Assembly (NCBI GenBank): GCA_951406725.2
Contig: OX597818.1
Span: 112,406,001-112,470,000, forward strand
Origin: Octopus vulgaris
Taxonomy: Eukaryota
DNA: 64,000 nt
Reading direction: 5' to 3'
The position numbers and the translations under genes were made by a program. The notes beneath the pieces were generated by a model. The model saw only the letters and a list, made by a program, of their open reading frames with translations. It searched no databases and had not been told where the DNA came from. This document shows, piece after piece, positions 1 to 13,951 of this stretch (position 1 is its first letter; every line of letters starts with the position of its first letter).

Positions 1-526
1 ATATATATATATGTCTGTGTGTGTTTGTCCTATATATTTTTACTATTTAATTGCTCCTGCACTTGCTACATTGAGACAAAAGAAACGATTTGAAATTATT
101 TTGGTGATTCTCAAGAGATAGTATTTTCTAAGCTTTTATGATTAGAGAGTTAACCGGATGTAAGTTGGAAATCGGAATCGAATTTCCTAACAATGAAATG
201 TCATTGTTTTATAAAAATGTTGTTCTGAATCTTTGAACAGCTTAAAACAATGAACATACTGAAGGCACAGACATACGTCGGCTGTTTCATCTATCCGACA
301 GTTTGTTCTGTTCAACATTTTTATCTATGTAACTGTTTATTCTATTCAACAGCTTTATCTATCAAGCTCGGTGTGAAAAGAATATTTATTTACACATTCA
401 TCATAGCAAAAGGTAACGAGTTATTTCAATGATAGCTTTTTTCGTTGTTTTGAGATATTTATTTCGTCACCAATATAAATCGTTGTAGAAAAGATTTCAA
501 TAATGTGTGAGTATGTGTGTGTGTGT

Positions 527-571
<45 letters not shown>

Positions 572-574
<3 letters not shown>

Positions 575-978
575 AGGGTCTGGTCCCAAACTTTGGCATT
601 CAAAGTTACCCCAATAGCAGAACGGGGCGCCACTGCATGGTGCTAAAGATCCCAACATCACCATCAAATTACAGGACCAGATACTGCAACAGCTTAGGTT
701 TCAGAGGACCACAGCTCTTCAATATCCTTCCTAAATGCCTGAGAGACCTGCATGGTGTGGATGTGTGTTTCTTTAAAACTAAACTGGATCTCTTCTTGTC
801 AGGGGTTCCAGATGAAACTACCTCTCAGCAGGAAACACAGATGCGGGCAGCGGCGTAGAACTCCCTTGTTGATCACGTGCCTCGTATCAGAGGTGGTTTC
901 ACATACTAGTGTAGCCCATTCAACGGTGGTGTCCCAGTATGGCCGCAGCCTTCGAGCTGAAACATTTTTAAGGATTAA

Positions 979-980
<2 letters not shown>
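572..980 (+). mobile_element. 3' fragment of CR1/L2-group non-LTR retrotransposon (ORF2 C-terminus + 3'UTR)
   Basis: Translation GPQLFNILPKCLRDL...FKTKLDLFLSGVPDE...AAA*NSL fits the FNxLP..FKxxLDxFL..PD C-terminus of this LINE group; 5'-truncated, flanked by (TA)n. Confidence 0.75.
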
Positions 981-1025
<45 letters not shown>

Positions 1026-1986
1026 CTATGTTTAAAATTAAGCTTTAGATAGGGGACTTTAAAACGTAGTATCCAAACCTTGTTTCGGGTACGTCTGTAG
1101 TAGTGTACTTTGAGATCACGTTCCCCACATACGGCTACTGGGTATCGTCCACGGTGCCGCACTTTTGTCAGAGGATCTACGTAAGGATTTCCTCGGTGTG
1201 TATTTTGTATATTTAAAATAGTCGATAGGGAATACGGAGTGTACTGTAAGCTCTATTTAGCACGGCTATCGTTTCAGCTTCCATCTGCACTGCTCACTAG
1301 TATGTGGTGAACGATATAATGGAATCGAATGCATCCCACAGAGTAGAAGAAACTTCATCAGAGTACATAATTCGTTACAGTTTTTTATTATGGGCATTTC
1401 GCTATATATGTATGGCATCGTGGTGTACATTTCGTTACATTTGGCAGGATGACGCTGGTATGGTACGTTCGTTTATAATTATATACGCAATTAATTGGAT
1501 CTTAGATATATGGTTAGTAGTATGCCGATCGAAGCACTTTCACCGTTTAGGCTATCTCATGTCATCTATGGTTACTATACAATTGTCAGTGGAATTATAT
1601 CAGTAATTCCGCAGTACTCGTTGAGTTTATAATGAGAGAGGGAAGCGGAAATCGGAGTTGGTAAGAATCTGTATTCAATACAACGATCGTTTCGAACCAT
1701 CTTCCATATGTCCGCTGCGGTAGGGTATTGTACAGCTAGTTGTGTTGCAAAACCCAGTGCAGGCTGCATCTCTCAACAACTGGTTCAGGAGAATCCGGTG
1801 GTGCAGATGTATCTCATCGGGGAATAAATGAATACAACTCGTTAAAATAACTGTTCTGCAATGTAACTTCCCGTTTTCCTTCTTGTAGAAAGGAAAGCAG
1901 CCAGCGGGTGGAAATATCTTAATTTATATAGAAGATTAAATATAAAATCACAAAATATGAAAAGAACACGCAATCTATCGAGAAAA

Positions 1987-2031
<45 letters not shown>

Positions 2032-2499
2032 TAAGTATATGTGTATATACCCGTGGGGCATACAGCATGGTTTACATATGATTTTGGCATTTCCGAAAAT
2101 TTGTCAAGTTATAGTGAAGCACATACGTACATGTAAGGATATGAATTGCCATGTTTAGTCTGTGAATCATTTACGCTACGAAATCAACCAACGTGTAAAT
2201 CATTTATTAGTTTGCGTCGATTGAAATGTTTTCCCACCATTTTTTGTCACTGCTGTCAGCAATTCATGCAACCATTAAATTTGAATATCATTAAAAACAG
2301 ATATTTATGAAATCATATGATTATAATATAGATTCTTCAAAAGCCATTAACACTTATTAAAAAGTGATCACCATGAAGTTCGTAAATTTTTCATGTTTTA
2401 AAATCAAATTTTATGCATTCAATACATGTTCTGTTTCAGTGTAAGTGACTGCGAAGGATATTATTTTTTTAATATTTCCATTTTCCTGTACCGAAACCA

Positions 2500-4154
2500 G
2501 GATCGAAAATTCTACCGGGAGAAAAGCAAATTGGATAAAATCTTGATTAAATTATACTGAGGTAATTCAGAGAGAAGCTCAAAAGTCGTAGTATTAATAA
2601 ATTCGATGAATTATCTCGTTTTACCCTTCACCATTGAACAAAAAGATGTAAGTCGAACTCAGAAAGGGTTACGCACTTCAAAACAATCAACGGCCTTAAG
2701 CAAAGCCGAACAATATTATAGAAACGAAGCACTTAATGAAAATATACTCCTGTATATTTAATTAAAAGCTGCATCGGTTTTCAATAGAATAAGAACCAGA
2801 TTGTTAGAAAGTTTGCAATGTGCTTAAACGTGACGAATTAGAGGGAAAATAAGACTTATTAATTAACTCAACAGCAAAATGTGTTCCGGAAACAATACAC
2901 ATAAAACCAATTCCATAAGAATAGGAGGAAAGACAACGATGTTTACGGGTAACAATGCTAATATGCAAACTGAAGGTAGAAATAGAATTGCTAAAATTCA
3001 AAGAATAATGCAATTAATAAATTAAAACACAAAACAATCGTGAATTGCAGCAAATTGAATTAAATAAAAATACTTATTTCTGAAAAATGTTTAAAAATTG
3101 TGGGGAAAAGTGAGAACTGCTAAAGAAAGGATAATTAGTTCTATAATTACGAAACTGAATTCCAAGAGGAACAAACTTTCAACAACCCAGCGACTAATCA
3201 CTCGAAAGATCAAACAATACAAAACGAAAATAATTTCATATTTCAAAGTAACAAGTTTGCAAAATAAATCGTTTGCAATTCAGAATTAGGATCACCTCAC
3301 AAAAAGAAGAAATTAATTTCCGCAAAGAAATATTCAGAGTACATTTAAACATAATAGGGAGAAAATAGTGTTTCATGCCGCACTAATGGCGCTACAAAGA
3401 CTGATAAACAAAACGATCAAATTTACAATATGTTTCTTTAACACCGTTCAAACAAATACACATAACTTACAAAATAGAAGTAATAAATCTAAAACATTCA
3501 TAAACATTATCTGAAGACAATATATTAGCAAAGGGAATAATATTTATACCAATATTCTCCCAGTCTAATACAAGTAAATTAAAGTAGATGATTCGCTTGT
3601 GCAGAACTAACGCAGCTGTTCTTCAACCCAACATTATGAATAAAACTTTTGTTGACATTTCTGATTAGATATTGAATTTGCGATATAATGATGTGCTTAA
3701 TCAAAGAAGGAAGTAAAATTACATCATTACCGGATGGGGAAAACATAATTGCATTAAAAGATGCCAACGCATTGATAATGAAAGTAGTTCATAAACATAG
3801 GGCAGTTATATTGGAGAATATTGAATAGAATAAGACTGTTACATAGCTGCTAAAGGACGATGTACACCACGTAAAATGGAACGATGTAACCAACTGAAAA
3901 TAATAGATAATCATTCACCGTTGTTACATTTATAGAAAAACCGATTGGATCATAATGAAGCTGATTACAGGATTAATTTTATGCGAGTCTAAGCTCTGAT
4001 ATGGCTTGGCAAATGTTCATCAAAAACAAAAACAAAAAAATAACACATGTCAGCAAAGAAAATATAAGTAAACTCTATCAGGAGACTTAGAATTCTGTAA
4101 GAGACAACTTAGATATGATTTTCGAAAGAGACCAAGTAAGACACACATATGTAT

Positions 4155-4211
<57 letters not shown>

Positions 4212-5310
4212 ACTAAGTTTATCATTTCTTGTAGTGAATTCAGATACAAATCTACATCACGAATATTGAATTGGCGCGATAACATTATGGATGGAGAATT
4301 GTGCAAAACAATTGCCTGAACGTATAGAAAGAAACAACTAGTATTTGATGGATTAAGATTTCCTCTCCCAAAAAATAAATATAAGAAAACTGAGAAAATT
4401 CTAGACGATTGTTTTATTATTCACTAGAATGAATGACAACATAGATAACGTGAATAAATTTTAAATACTGCCTAACGGAATAAATTATAACATTTAACTC
4501 GCATTAGAGTAGAATCTAGAGACATTCCTGGTTTTACATAATTCTAGTAATGGAAGACAATAAGCGGACTGAGTGAATCGTATTTTAGAAAAATAAAGTT
4601 GAAAAGCAATATACATTCTTTACGGCGAATGATCGAAACACAAGAGAATAAATATTCCTTTTAATCTAGTCAAAATGGTTTCTAAAATTTTCTTTCATAT
4701 AAATTAGAGTATAAATACAAGCGATAACTCACTTCAAATTAGACTTTAATTCTTATCGACAGACATTATCGACCGCGTATAACAGATGTTGTACGAGAAG
4801 AGATGTTTAATGTCTGGTTGTCAAGACAGAATATCACACCCGAACTATAAACATTACTATATGCCTCTTCCTTCAAACCTAGACGTAAAAAATGACAAAT
4901 TTGATTCTTTAAAATGTATTGATGATGAAAATATACGAATCCTATTCTGTGATCAGAATCAGTTATTAAAGAGAATACTAAAGGAGCAAATATATGTTTA
5001 TCCTCACCATCATCACAATCACCACCACCACCACCACCACCACCACCACCACCACCACAACTACCACATCAAGCGCCATCACCAATCGCACCACCATAAA
5101 TTATAGATGATTCAAGTATAAGAGTAATTTCTCTTGACTTTTACCAATTCCGAGCAAGAACAGCGATTCAAAATATATACGCATTATAGGTGTGCGTACG
5201 GAACAAATTTGTATAATATTTAAGATGTGAAGAGAATTAGATACAAGAAACCGGAACGAGGTACGAAACCAAATAACACTGTATACAAGATTAATAATAT
5301 TTTCAAAGAA
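2500..5310 (+). mobile_element. Highly decayed Penelope-like retroelement (RT + GIY-YIG remnants)
   Basis: Ordered motif remnants: LKDANALIMKVVHKHRAVIL (~ADKG region, 3754-3813), YGLANVH (~YGLPKIH, 4000-4020), LDDCFII (RT DD, 4401-4421), CEEN*IQETG (~YIGETG, ~5226-5255); many stops. Confidence 0.6.
5005..5097 (+). repeat. (CAC)n microsatellite
   Basis: Direct read. Confidence 0.95.
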
Positions 5311-5317
5311 CAAGACC

Positions 5318-5525
5318 ATAAGGTGGCGGAAACGTTAGCACGCCAGGCGAAATACTTAGCGGTATTTCGTCTGTCTTTACGTTGCCAGTTTAAATTCCGC
5401 TGCGGTCACCTTTGCCCTTCATCCTTTTGGGGTCGATAAATTAAGTACCAGGTGCGGACCGGGGTCGATCTAATCCACTGCACCCCTCTCCAAAAATGTC
5501 GGGCCTTGTGCCAAGAGTAGAAAAT
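5318..5525 (+). mobile_element. tRNA-derived SINE, family A
   Basis: Head gttagcacgcc...aaattcc, core tttgcccttcatccttttggggtcgataaattaagtacc; about 10 copies in window. Confidence 0.85.
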
Positions 5526-5649
5526 ATCTTCAAGTCTCAGAGAGATGTTGCTTAAGAACATATTCATACGAGTTGGACCGGAATATGAAATGACATTCAA
5601 TTCTTAATTTCTCTAATATGTCGAGTTTCCACGCAGTGGGTACGTGTAT

Positions 5650-6044
5650 TCTTTTGTTTGTTTCGGTTTTTTCATTGCGGCCATACAGGAGCACCGCCTT
5701 TAGTCGAACAAATCGATCCCCGGACTTATTCTTTGTAAGCCAGGGACTTATTCTATCGGAATCTTTTTACCGTTACGGGGACGCAAACGCACCAACATCG
5801 GTGTCAAGTAATGTTGGGGAGACAAACACATACACACAAATACATAATTCATATATATATATATGTAGATGTGTGTGTTTGTGTGCGTGTGACAGGCTTC
5901 TTTCAGTTTCCGTCTGCCAAATCAGCTCACAAGGCTTTGGTCGGCCCTAGATTATAGTGGAAGAGAATTGCCCAAGGTGCCACGCAGTGGGACTGAACCC
6001 GGAACCATGTGGTCGGGAAGCAAGTTTATAACTGCTGCACCTGC
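5650..6044 (-). mobile_element. tRNA/CORE-like SINE, family B, full length
   Basis: B-box-like ggttcagtccc and CORE-like ccttgggcaa on minus strand; internal (CA)/(TA) tract; matches 7370, 24830 and 63820 copies. Confidence 0.85.
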
Positions 6045-6046
6045 AT

Positions 6047-6085
<39 letters not shown>

Positions 6086-6156
6086 ATGTAAAAACATTAA
6101 CACAGGTTGTCAAGTGGCAATCGACACACCCAAACATCCACCACCACCCACACAGA

Positions 6157-6425
6157 TTAGGACAACGAGAGTTTCATTTGATCCGAGCAACAGAACATCC
6201 TGCTGGTTAAATTAACGCGCAACTGGCTGAGTAGAAACACATGTAACCTTAACGTACTTCTCAGGGAGATTCTTCATGACACAGTGTGATAAGGCTTTGC
6301 CAGCTGAGTGGACTGAAGCAAAACTGAAATAAAGTGTCTTGCTCAAGGACACCACGTGCCGCCGGGAATTGAATTACGAAGCTTAGGATCGTATATCCTG
6401 ACTAGTAAGCCACTCGTCTTCACTC
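6157..6425 (-). mobile_element. tRNA/CORE-like SINE, family C
   Basis: Reverse complement matches 35617-35932 (gtccttgagcaagacac, aatctccctgag). Confidence 0.8.
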
Positions 6426-6441
6426 ATTTATTCATTCATTC

Positions 6442-6492
<51 letters not shown>

Positions 6493-7225
6493 GATAATAA
6501 AACATATGTATGTGTGTATATGTATGTATGTTACTATGTGTGTACCTGTGTGCGTTTCTGTGTGTACACAAAATCTGTTCTGTGTCCATCCTATTAAATG
6601 ACGAGTCTATCTTTTCCATTATAAAATTTGACCGTCTCCGTATTTATTCTCAAATAAATCTCAGTTAGATAGATTACTAAACAACTCTAAAATAAATTTT
6701 CTGTATATCTTTCACTGAATGCCATTCATTTCAGCAGCAGCTAAATAATCGTTAATTACTTCGTCTATTTAAATTTTATTAATTATTTGCTCGGTCGATA
6801 AATATTCACTATTTTCTCATGATATATGCATATTACCTGCACACTTACGTAGCAGTTAAACATACACGTTTAAACACACATTTCATTTTATAAACAGATA
6901 AACATTTTTATAAATGTGAATAAAGATGCAGGCGAGCTATCACTTTTACTCTGTTCATTCACTTATGTGATAATAACTTTTCATGCTCATTTGTTGAATT
7001 TTAGTGTTTGTAATAGCAACGTAAGTGAATAGAAAATTATAATGTTTAAAAATGGCACAGTGGATCAATAGATTGGATATAATTTCTAACATAGAGTGCA
7101 GCCAATTTATCATCTTTAATCAGTGACTGGAAACTCCTTATAAGCTAATGCTCCAAATCTCTACCTATTTATCTCGCTGTCTATATACCTGGCGAGATGT
7201 GAATGAAATTTTCAATATATGCATG

Positions 7226-7297
<72 letters not shown>

Positions 7298-7369
7298 ATG
7301 TTTGTGTGCGTGCTTGTGTGAGTATACATATAATATAGGACATACCATACATGTAAGCATGTATATATA

Positions 7370-7700
7370 TTCTTTTACTTGTTTCAGTCATTTGACTGCG
7401 GCCATGCTGTAGACCCCCCTTTAGTCGAACAAATTGACCCCCAGGACTTATTCTTTGTAAGCCTAGTACTTATTCCATCGCTCTCTTTCGCCGAACCGCT
7501 AACTACCGGGACGTACACATACCAGCATCGGTTCTCAGGCAATGTTGGGGGATAAACAGACACAAGCGTACAAACACACGCATACACAGAAATACATACA
7601 TATTTACGACAGGCTTCTTTCAGTTTCTATCTACCAAATCTACCCACAAGGCTTTGCTCAGCCCGAGGCCATAGTAGGAGTCAGTTTCCCAATGTGACAT
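7370..7700 (-). mobile_element. SINE family B (head decayed)
   Basis: Similar to 5650-6044 and 24830-25245. Confidence 0.85.
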
Positions 7701-7785
7701 GCATATATATAATATATGCATGTATATACATATATAATATATATATATCTACATAGATATATATGTGTATATATATATATCTATA

Positions 7786-7835
<50 letters not shown>

Positions 7836-7935
7836 CATATACATGTATATATATGTCTCTATATATATATATGTATAGATACTAATATATATCGCTAGGC
7901 ATAGACACACACATACACACACGCGCGCGCGCACT
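7701..7935. repeat. Compound (TA)n/(CA)n microsatellite
   Basis: Direct read. Confidence 0.9.
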
Positions 7936-8805
7936 TATAACGCATTCCTGCAAGTCTTTGAAAAAGCAAATGCTAACTAGATGCAGTCCAGTTGAGAAAT
8001 TCTTGCTTCATTACCATATTTTGATTAGTTTCCTCTTCGTTACAATATTAAGAGGTCTTTTACATTCTTCCTGATTCGATGTTTTTGTTTGTATTATTTT
8101 TTTTCCGCTTTGGGATTTTAAAGTTTTACTTATACAAATTGAAGAGTTTTTCATTAGTGTCGATACGTGCTCTTGCTACACATGGTTTATTTTAAGAATA
8201 ATATATTTAGCTAGGAGGGAATTCTTTCTCCTTTCATTTGTAACTATTTCCATATACACATCTCAATTTAGCACGGTGCGATAAATCGTTGTGGATAATA
8301 AAGTTAATAAAATACCTTCACTCTAGGCCATCAAAATATTTCTGTCTTCAATATGAAAGCTCTTCTATTTCGGTAAAATTGTTTATTATTGGAAATTAAG
8401 CTACCAAAAAAAAAAAAAAAAATGATGCGAAGAAAAAAATTCAACTTGCTTCTTCTTTTTCATTAGCTGGGAGATATTTTCTTACGAGTTAATTTGCAAC
8501 TGAAAATCAATTTAGTGATGTATTCCATTTAAAAATTTTGAAACGTAAATAAAGTACACGAAATTTTGTCTTTTCTCGTTGCTCACATCATAAGCACCGG
8601 TGAACATATTTTAGCATGGGACATTTGATGCTTTAAACTGATGCATACATACATGCAGGTATATTTATATATATTTACATAAATATATATATATAGGTAT
8701 ACATATATACTTTTATATACACACATACATACACATATATATATATAGGTATGCATAATACACACACATATATATACTTACCTATATACATATGTATGTA
8801 AGTAG

Positions 8806-8877
<72 letters not shown>

Positions 8878-9978
8878 GTGTGTGTAAATATATGGGAATC
8901 TGAATTAGTTATCGTGCATAATACTTTTGATTACTAGCCAAATTTGATTTAAGAACATGTTGTTTAGCGAATTAATATGTTATATTAAATCAATAAAATT
9001 AATGATTGAAACAAAATATGAGTTAATAATAATATAACATTACTATTCGAAGTATATTATACCTGATGCATTGTAGTGCAGGATTAGAATATTATAAGCC
9101 TTATGCTAAATTTGATATGAATGAATTTATCAAAAATTAAAATTCGGCATCGTATTTGGTAGTTGAATTTGATATTTACAGCCGCCATGTTATAAAATTG
9201 CTTCAGCGTTTGGGAAAATGTGAATGTAATCTAAACAATTGTATTTTTGTTTACAAAACATTTTTCTTCCTCTTAACGTATTGAACCTTAATTTATTTTG
9301 TTTATTGTGATTTCACTATGCTATTTATCTAACATATAAATAAGAAAAACATGAAAACGTGAAGGTATCTATGACGCTTATTTGGGATTTGTCACAGTAA
9401 ACCAGCGAGCTGAAACGCTAGAAAGACAATAAGAATGGTGTTTGCAAATGATCACCTCTCAAGTTTGATTACATAAATATCCTTTCCCACTGAAAAATTG
9501 ATAGCTTCAGAATATTATCTTCAGAATTACTGTCGTATGCTGAAGATATAAACTGGATCTAGAATACAATAGCAATTTAAATTGAAAGTAATTGCATTAA
9601 TTGATTTTAAGATGTTGCTTTTATAATCCTTTAATATTTTTGCGTATCTCATATCATAAATTATAATGTGATGCTTTTGCTTAAATTTATTTATTCTGTA
9701 TTTGATATATTGATAACTTATGCCTCCGTAGATTTTCTTTCATATAACATAGACGCGTGGCTATTCAAATATACACTGCAATGAGGTAAAATATTTATGT
9801 TATCTTAACGTATCTTAAATTCAAAATGATACAATTAAAATATCATGTTTTGCGAAAATATCTGTTTCATATCATGAATAATATAAACGTTTTAAATAAA
9901 GAAAGTGCACTAGCTTGAGTGGAAAAAGTTAAGAAATGTGTAAGCGACTACTCCTAGATCAACATGAGGTCTTGTATA

Positions 9979-10416
<438 letters not shown>

Positions 10417-10690
10417 CTTTTGCTACGCAGTGTAGGTAAAAATGTACCGGATTCTTTCGTCATCTGTCAAGTCACAAGAAGGACCTTAAGATGTGCGTTG
10501 TGCCCAATAAGGCTACTTTTTCCACGACATCAATCTTGCATGGGATTTCCAGTTCCCTTAAGAAGTCTTGAAGTTTCAGTGGGATTGAGCCCAACGTTCC
10601 GATCATCACTGGTAACACGTTTACTCAATTCTCTCGTATTCCATACAGTCTTGCCATTTCCAATTTTACTTCGGAGTACTTGGTGATTTT
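10417..10690 (-). mobile_element. R4/Dong-like non-LTR element 3' end (copy 2)
   Basis: Minus translation KYSEVKLEMARLY...VLPVMIGTLGSIP...EKVALLGTTHILRSFL*. Confidence 0.8.
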
Positions 10691-11590
10691 TATATTGTTG
10701 GGTATTATGGAAAGCGTCAGCTGTCCACAGCCAGTAGACTAAGGGGACACCTGTTTACTGGTCATGCTTCAAGAACCCTGCAAAGAATTCTTCCATATCC
10801 GAGCAATGCTGATTTTCGTAGGTGTTCTACTTTCAAACTTGCACCGATCTTTTTCAGCCATGTTCATAGTTGAGTGTTGATGCTTCCAAGTGCACCAATT
10901 ACTATTGGTATCAAGCCTATTCTCTTCATTGACCACAACCATCGTATTTGCCACTTGAAACCGTCAGAGTTGTCCATAGTATCACATTGATCGTGTTGTC
11001 ACCGTGGCATGCAATGTTCTTTTTTTTATTCACCACAGATGTTGCACAGTAGAGACACCTGCTCATTCCTCAGATTGACCCTCCAGTTCGTGATCAGGGC
11101 TTGGTTCTGCGTTGCCAGTATAGTGCTCTAGGTTTCTTTTTTAATGGTTGCTTTCATCAACCAAACCCACGTATTTTTTCCAACAGCTTCTGTTTTGGTT
11201 ACATGGAAATAATTGTGTGGTCACTTCTGGTGTAATTCTTATTCATCTCATTTTTGTACTTTCTTTGTTTTCCCTTTTTATACTGCTCTGAATACTCTCT
11301 CGTTCCTAATTGTCACTAGCAAGGTTTCCCTTCTTTGGGCTTGGTATCTCATTAAGCTCTCGAGTTCGATGCGCACGCAGTCTTCCACGTTTATCAGCCC
11401 CCTTCCTCCATTTGCTCCTTTCGTGTATAGGCGATCAATGTCTGCACGTGGATGATGGACTCCATGCACCGTTAGGAGCTTTCTCGACTTCCTGTCTAAC
11501 ACCTATAGCTCCTACTCTGTCCATTTCGGGATTCCAGTGTTATACCGAACTGCTGCGACTGTGCACGAATTTTTCATCATCACCAACATT
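10691..11590 (-). mobile_element. R4/Dong-like non-LTR fragment (copy 3), internally deleted
   Basis: LDRKSRKLLTVHGVHHPRADIDRLY...GGRGL; KKET*STILATQNQAL; CNICG; LIPIVIGALGSI; KSALLGYGRILCRVLEA*. Confidence 0.85.
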
Positions 11591-12849
11591 ATTATTATTT
11601 CTCCTTACCACAGATTTTGTTAAAGCTCCTGGGGTCTTACATGCGTAGCGAGCTTGCTACCTGCAGCTTTATCTTATATTGAAATAGCGAGCTGTTTCGG
11701 TTTACGTTAATTATGCAAATGTTGTTTTAGTAGTATTGCCTCGGATTGTAAAACAATGCTTTTGGTGCTTTGTTTCACTCTGGTAGTTATTATGCTATAT
11801 CGTGGCATCTGAATGTATTAGTATATAGTTTTTGAGATGTTGTATATTTTGAACATCATGTTCCAAATATTTGTGTTTGTCTTTCTTTTACTTCAAGTAA
11901 TTTTGAAACAAATTGGTAGTTATCATTCAAGCCAATTGTAGAAAATATTACAGAATATGCAAAATAGTTTTGCTGGATACAGATTAATATGTTTCAGTTG
12001 TTGTAGAACATTCATATGAGTGATTTTCAGATGAAGTGCTCTTCTATAAATTATGGCTTTTCACGAAGAAATTTATTTTATTTTGTTGACATAGCCGGCT
12101 GATGTGATACAACATAACACAGATGTTATGATGTTCCACAACCATTCCTTTTCCCATATAAATACCAGTAAAACTGATTTGTGTACTATTATGCGTGGTC
12201 TCTTTATATAAATAAAAAATTTTGGAATCCATTTTAATAGGGAACAACTTCAAGTTCTTCGACGACAGCATTCTATAATTTTCCTTTTAATTCAATCTTG
12301 TGATTGTTAATTTTGCTGATTATAATGTTAAACGATTGTCTTTGTAAGAACCGAAGCATCTGCATTCTATTCAGCGAGAAATGTGTTGTTTTCCTGAATC
12401 AGGTTTTTTTTTCTAAAAATATTTAATAAAAATCTAAGCGAAATACAATTTCACGTGTATAAATAAACAAGAATAATTTTTAGTTTTTCATCCTTACTGT
12501 CGTTTGTAATCCTCAACTAGAATTGGGTTTCATACTTAAATCCGTTGACATTTGCTCACGCCTGTCTTTGATTTTGAAAATGAATACTAAAAGAAAGTGA
12601 AATGAAAATAGTTTGTTTATTATCACGTAACCATTTCCGGCTTTGGATTAATTAAATTTCTCGCAAATGGAAATTCGTTGTTTTACGGAAGCAAATTTTA
12701 AAAATATACGTGATATCCATGTAGACATACAATAAAGATGAACACGATATTTTGTATTCATTTAACAATCACAGCAGCAAAAAATAAATAAATAAATACA
12801 GGAATTATTTTAAATTATTATTCAAACGATATTGTAAATCAATAAAAAA

Positions 12850-13800
12850 TTTATTTGTGCAGAAATATTGAAACTTATTGAATAATTTTTTTTTCTGCCC
12901 CCACAAGTGCAGCAGCTGAGAATACAAACGTAGTATTTTGCATGGATTGTTTTCTAACACAATATGTAACAGAATGGCAATTAAAAGAATTTGAATTATT
13001 CATCGATTTTTACATAGTTTTCTTTGAAAATTACGTTGTGATGAAACACGACGTAATAATGGAGGTTTTTAGAAAAAATCGATTGGAAATTGCACCAAAA
13101 TGAATAGAAACGGTGTGTATGACGTTTGTGTATTGTTACATCATTTTCCGGTCACCTCCCAATGTTTATCTAAATTTACACTTTGCAATGGCAATAGAAT
13201 ATACTGGCCCATTGATTTACTTTCCTGAAATCTTCTGTGGTACGTCTGGAACATTATATTCTTTTCAGAAATGAAAGTAATAATCTTAGATTTTCATGAT
13301 AAAAGTTTTTTTTATTACAATTCAACATTGTCCGTTTGTTTTTAGTCCCTGGATATCGATTCGAATTATAATGCCGACATGTGTTCGCACCAAGACATTT
13401 CTAAATGAACTATGAAAGGCATATAAAATAGTTTAAAATATATCATGTTTACTTTTATGAAATAGACAAGAATTTGATTCTACATCAGAATGTTCTTCTC
13501 CATCAGAATTTGGATTTATTCCTTCTATTTAAAAAACGACCAGTTTGGAATTAAGGAAGCATAAATATGTTAAAATACGACTGTGTATTAAAATGTCCAT
13601 TTGTTTGATAGCATCGTCAATTGTGTGGAAATGAAATATCCATGTAATTCGAGTGAGATTTCTCTACTATTTTCATCTCATTAATATGTTTGGAGACGAA
13701 ACAGGATCGAATATTTGGACAGAATTCTTGAATCCAATAGCAGAGCCACTGTCGTCTTATCAGAGGTTGTAATTTCGGCTCCACGAAGATCTTCGGCTTT
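12850..13800 (-). mobile_element. Possible ancient CACTA/CMC-like transposase remnant
   Basis: Weak minus-strand motifs LLDSRILS (~LPxDxRTLL), RTTEDFR, VQFPIDF, NFQRK; heavily disrupted. Confidence 0.2.
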
Positions 13801-13951
13801 TTCTCTCCAATGGTTTTTAAATCTCATAATTTTCACTCCATTATTTATAGCTTAATTACTTCAAGATCAAGTAGAAATTCCTAATCTTATATTTAATTAG
13901 GAACATACAGTTTATAATAAATATAATGGAGTGATAATTACTATATATATA

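Noticed and set aside
1262-1361. Minus-strand CTGATGA...GAAAC with pairable stem II
   Set aside because: Triplet is GTG (non-cleavable) and there is no stem I
4786-5106. Poly-His ORF
   Set aside because: (CAC)n microsatellite inside a decayed retroelement
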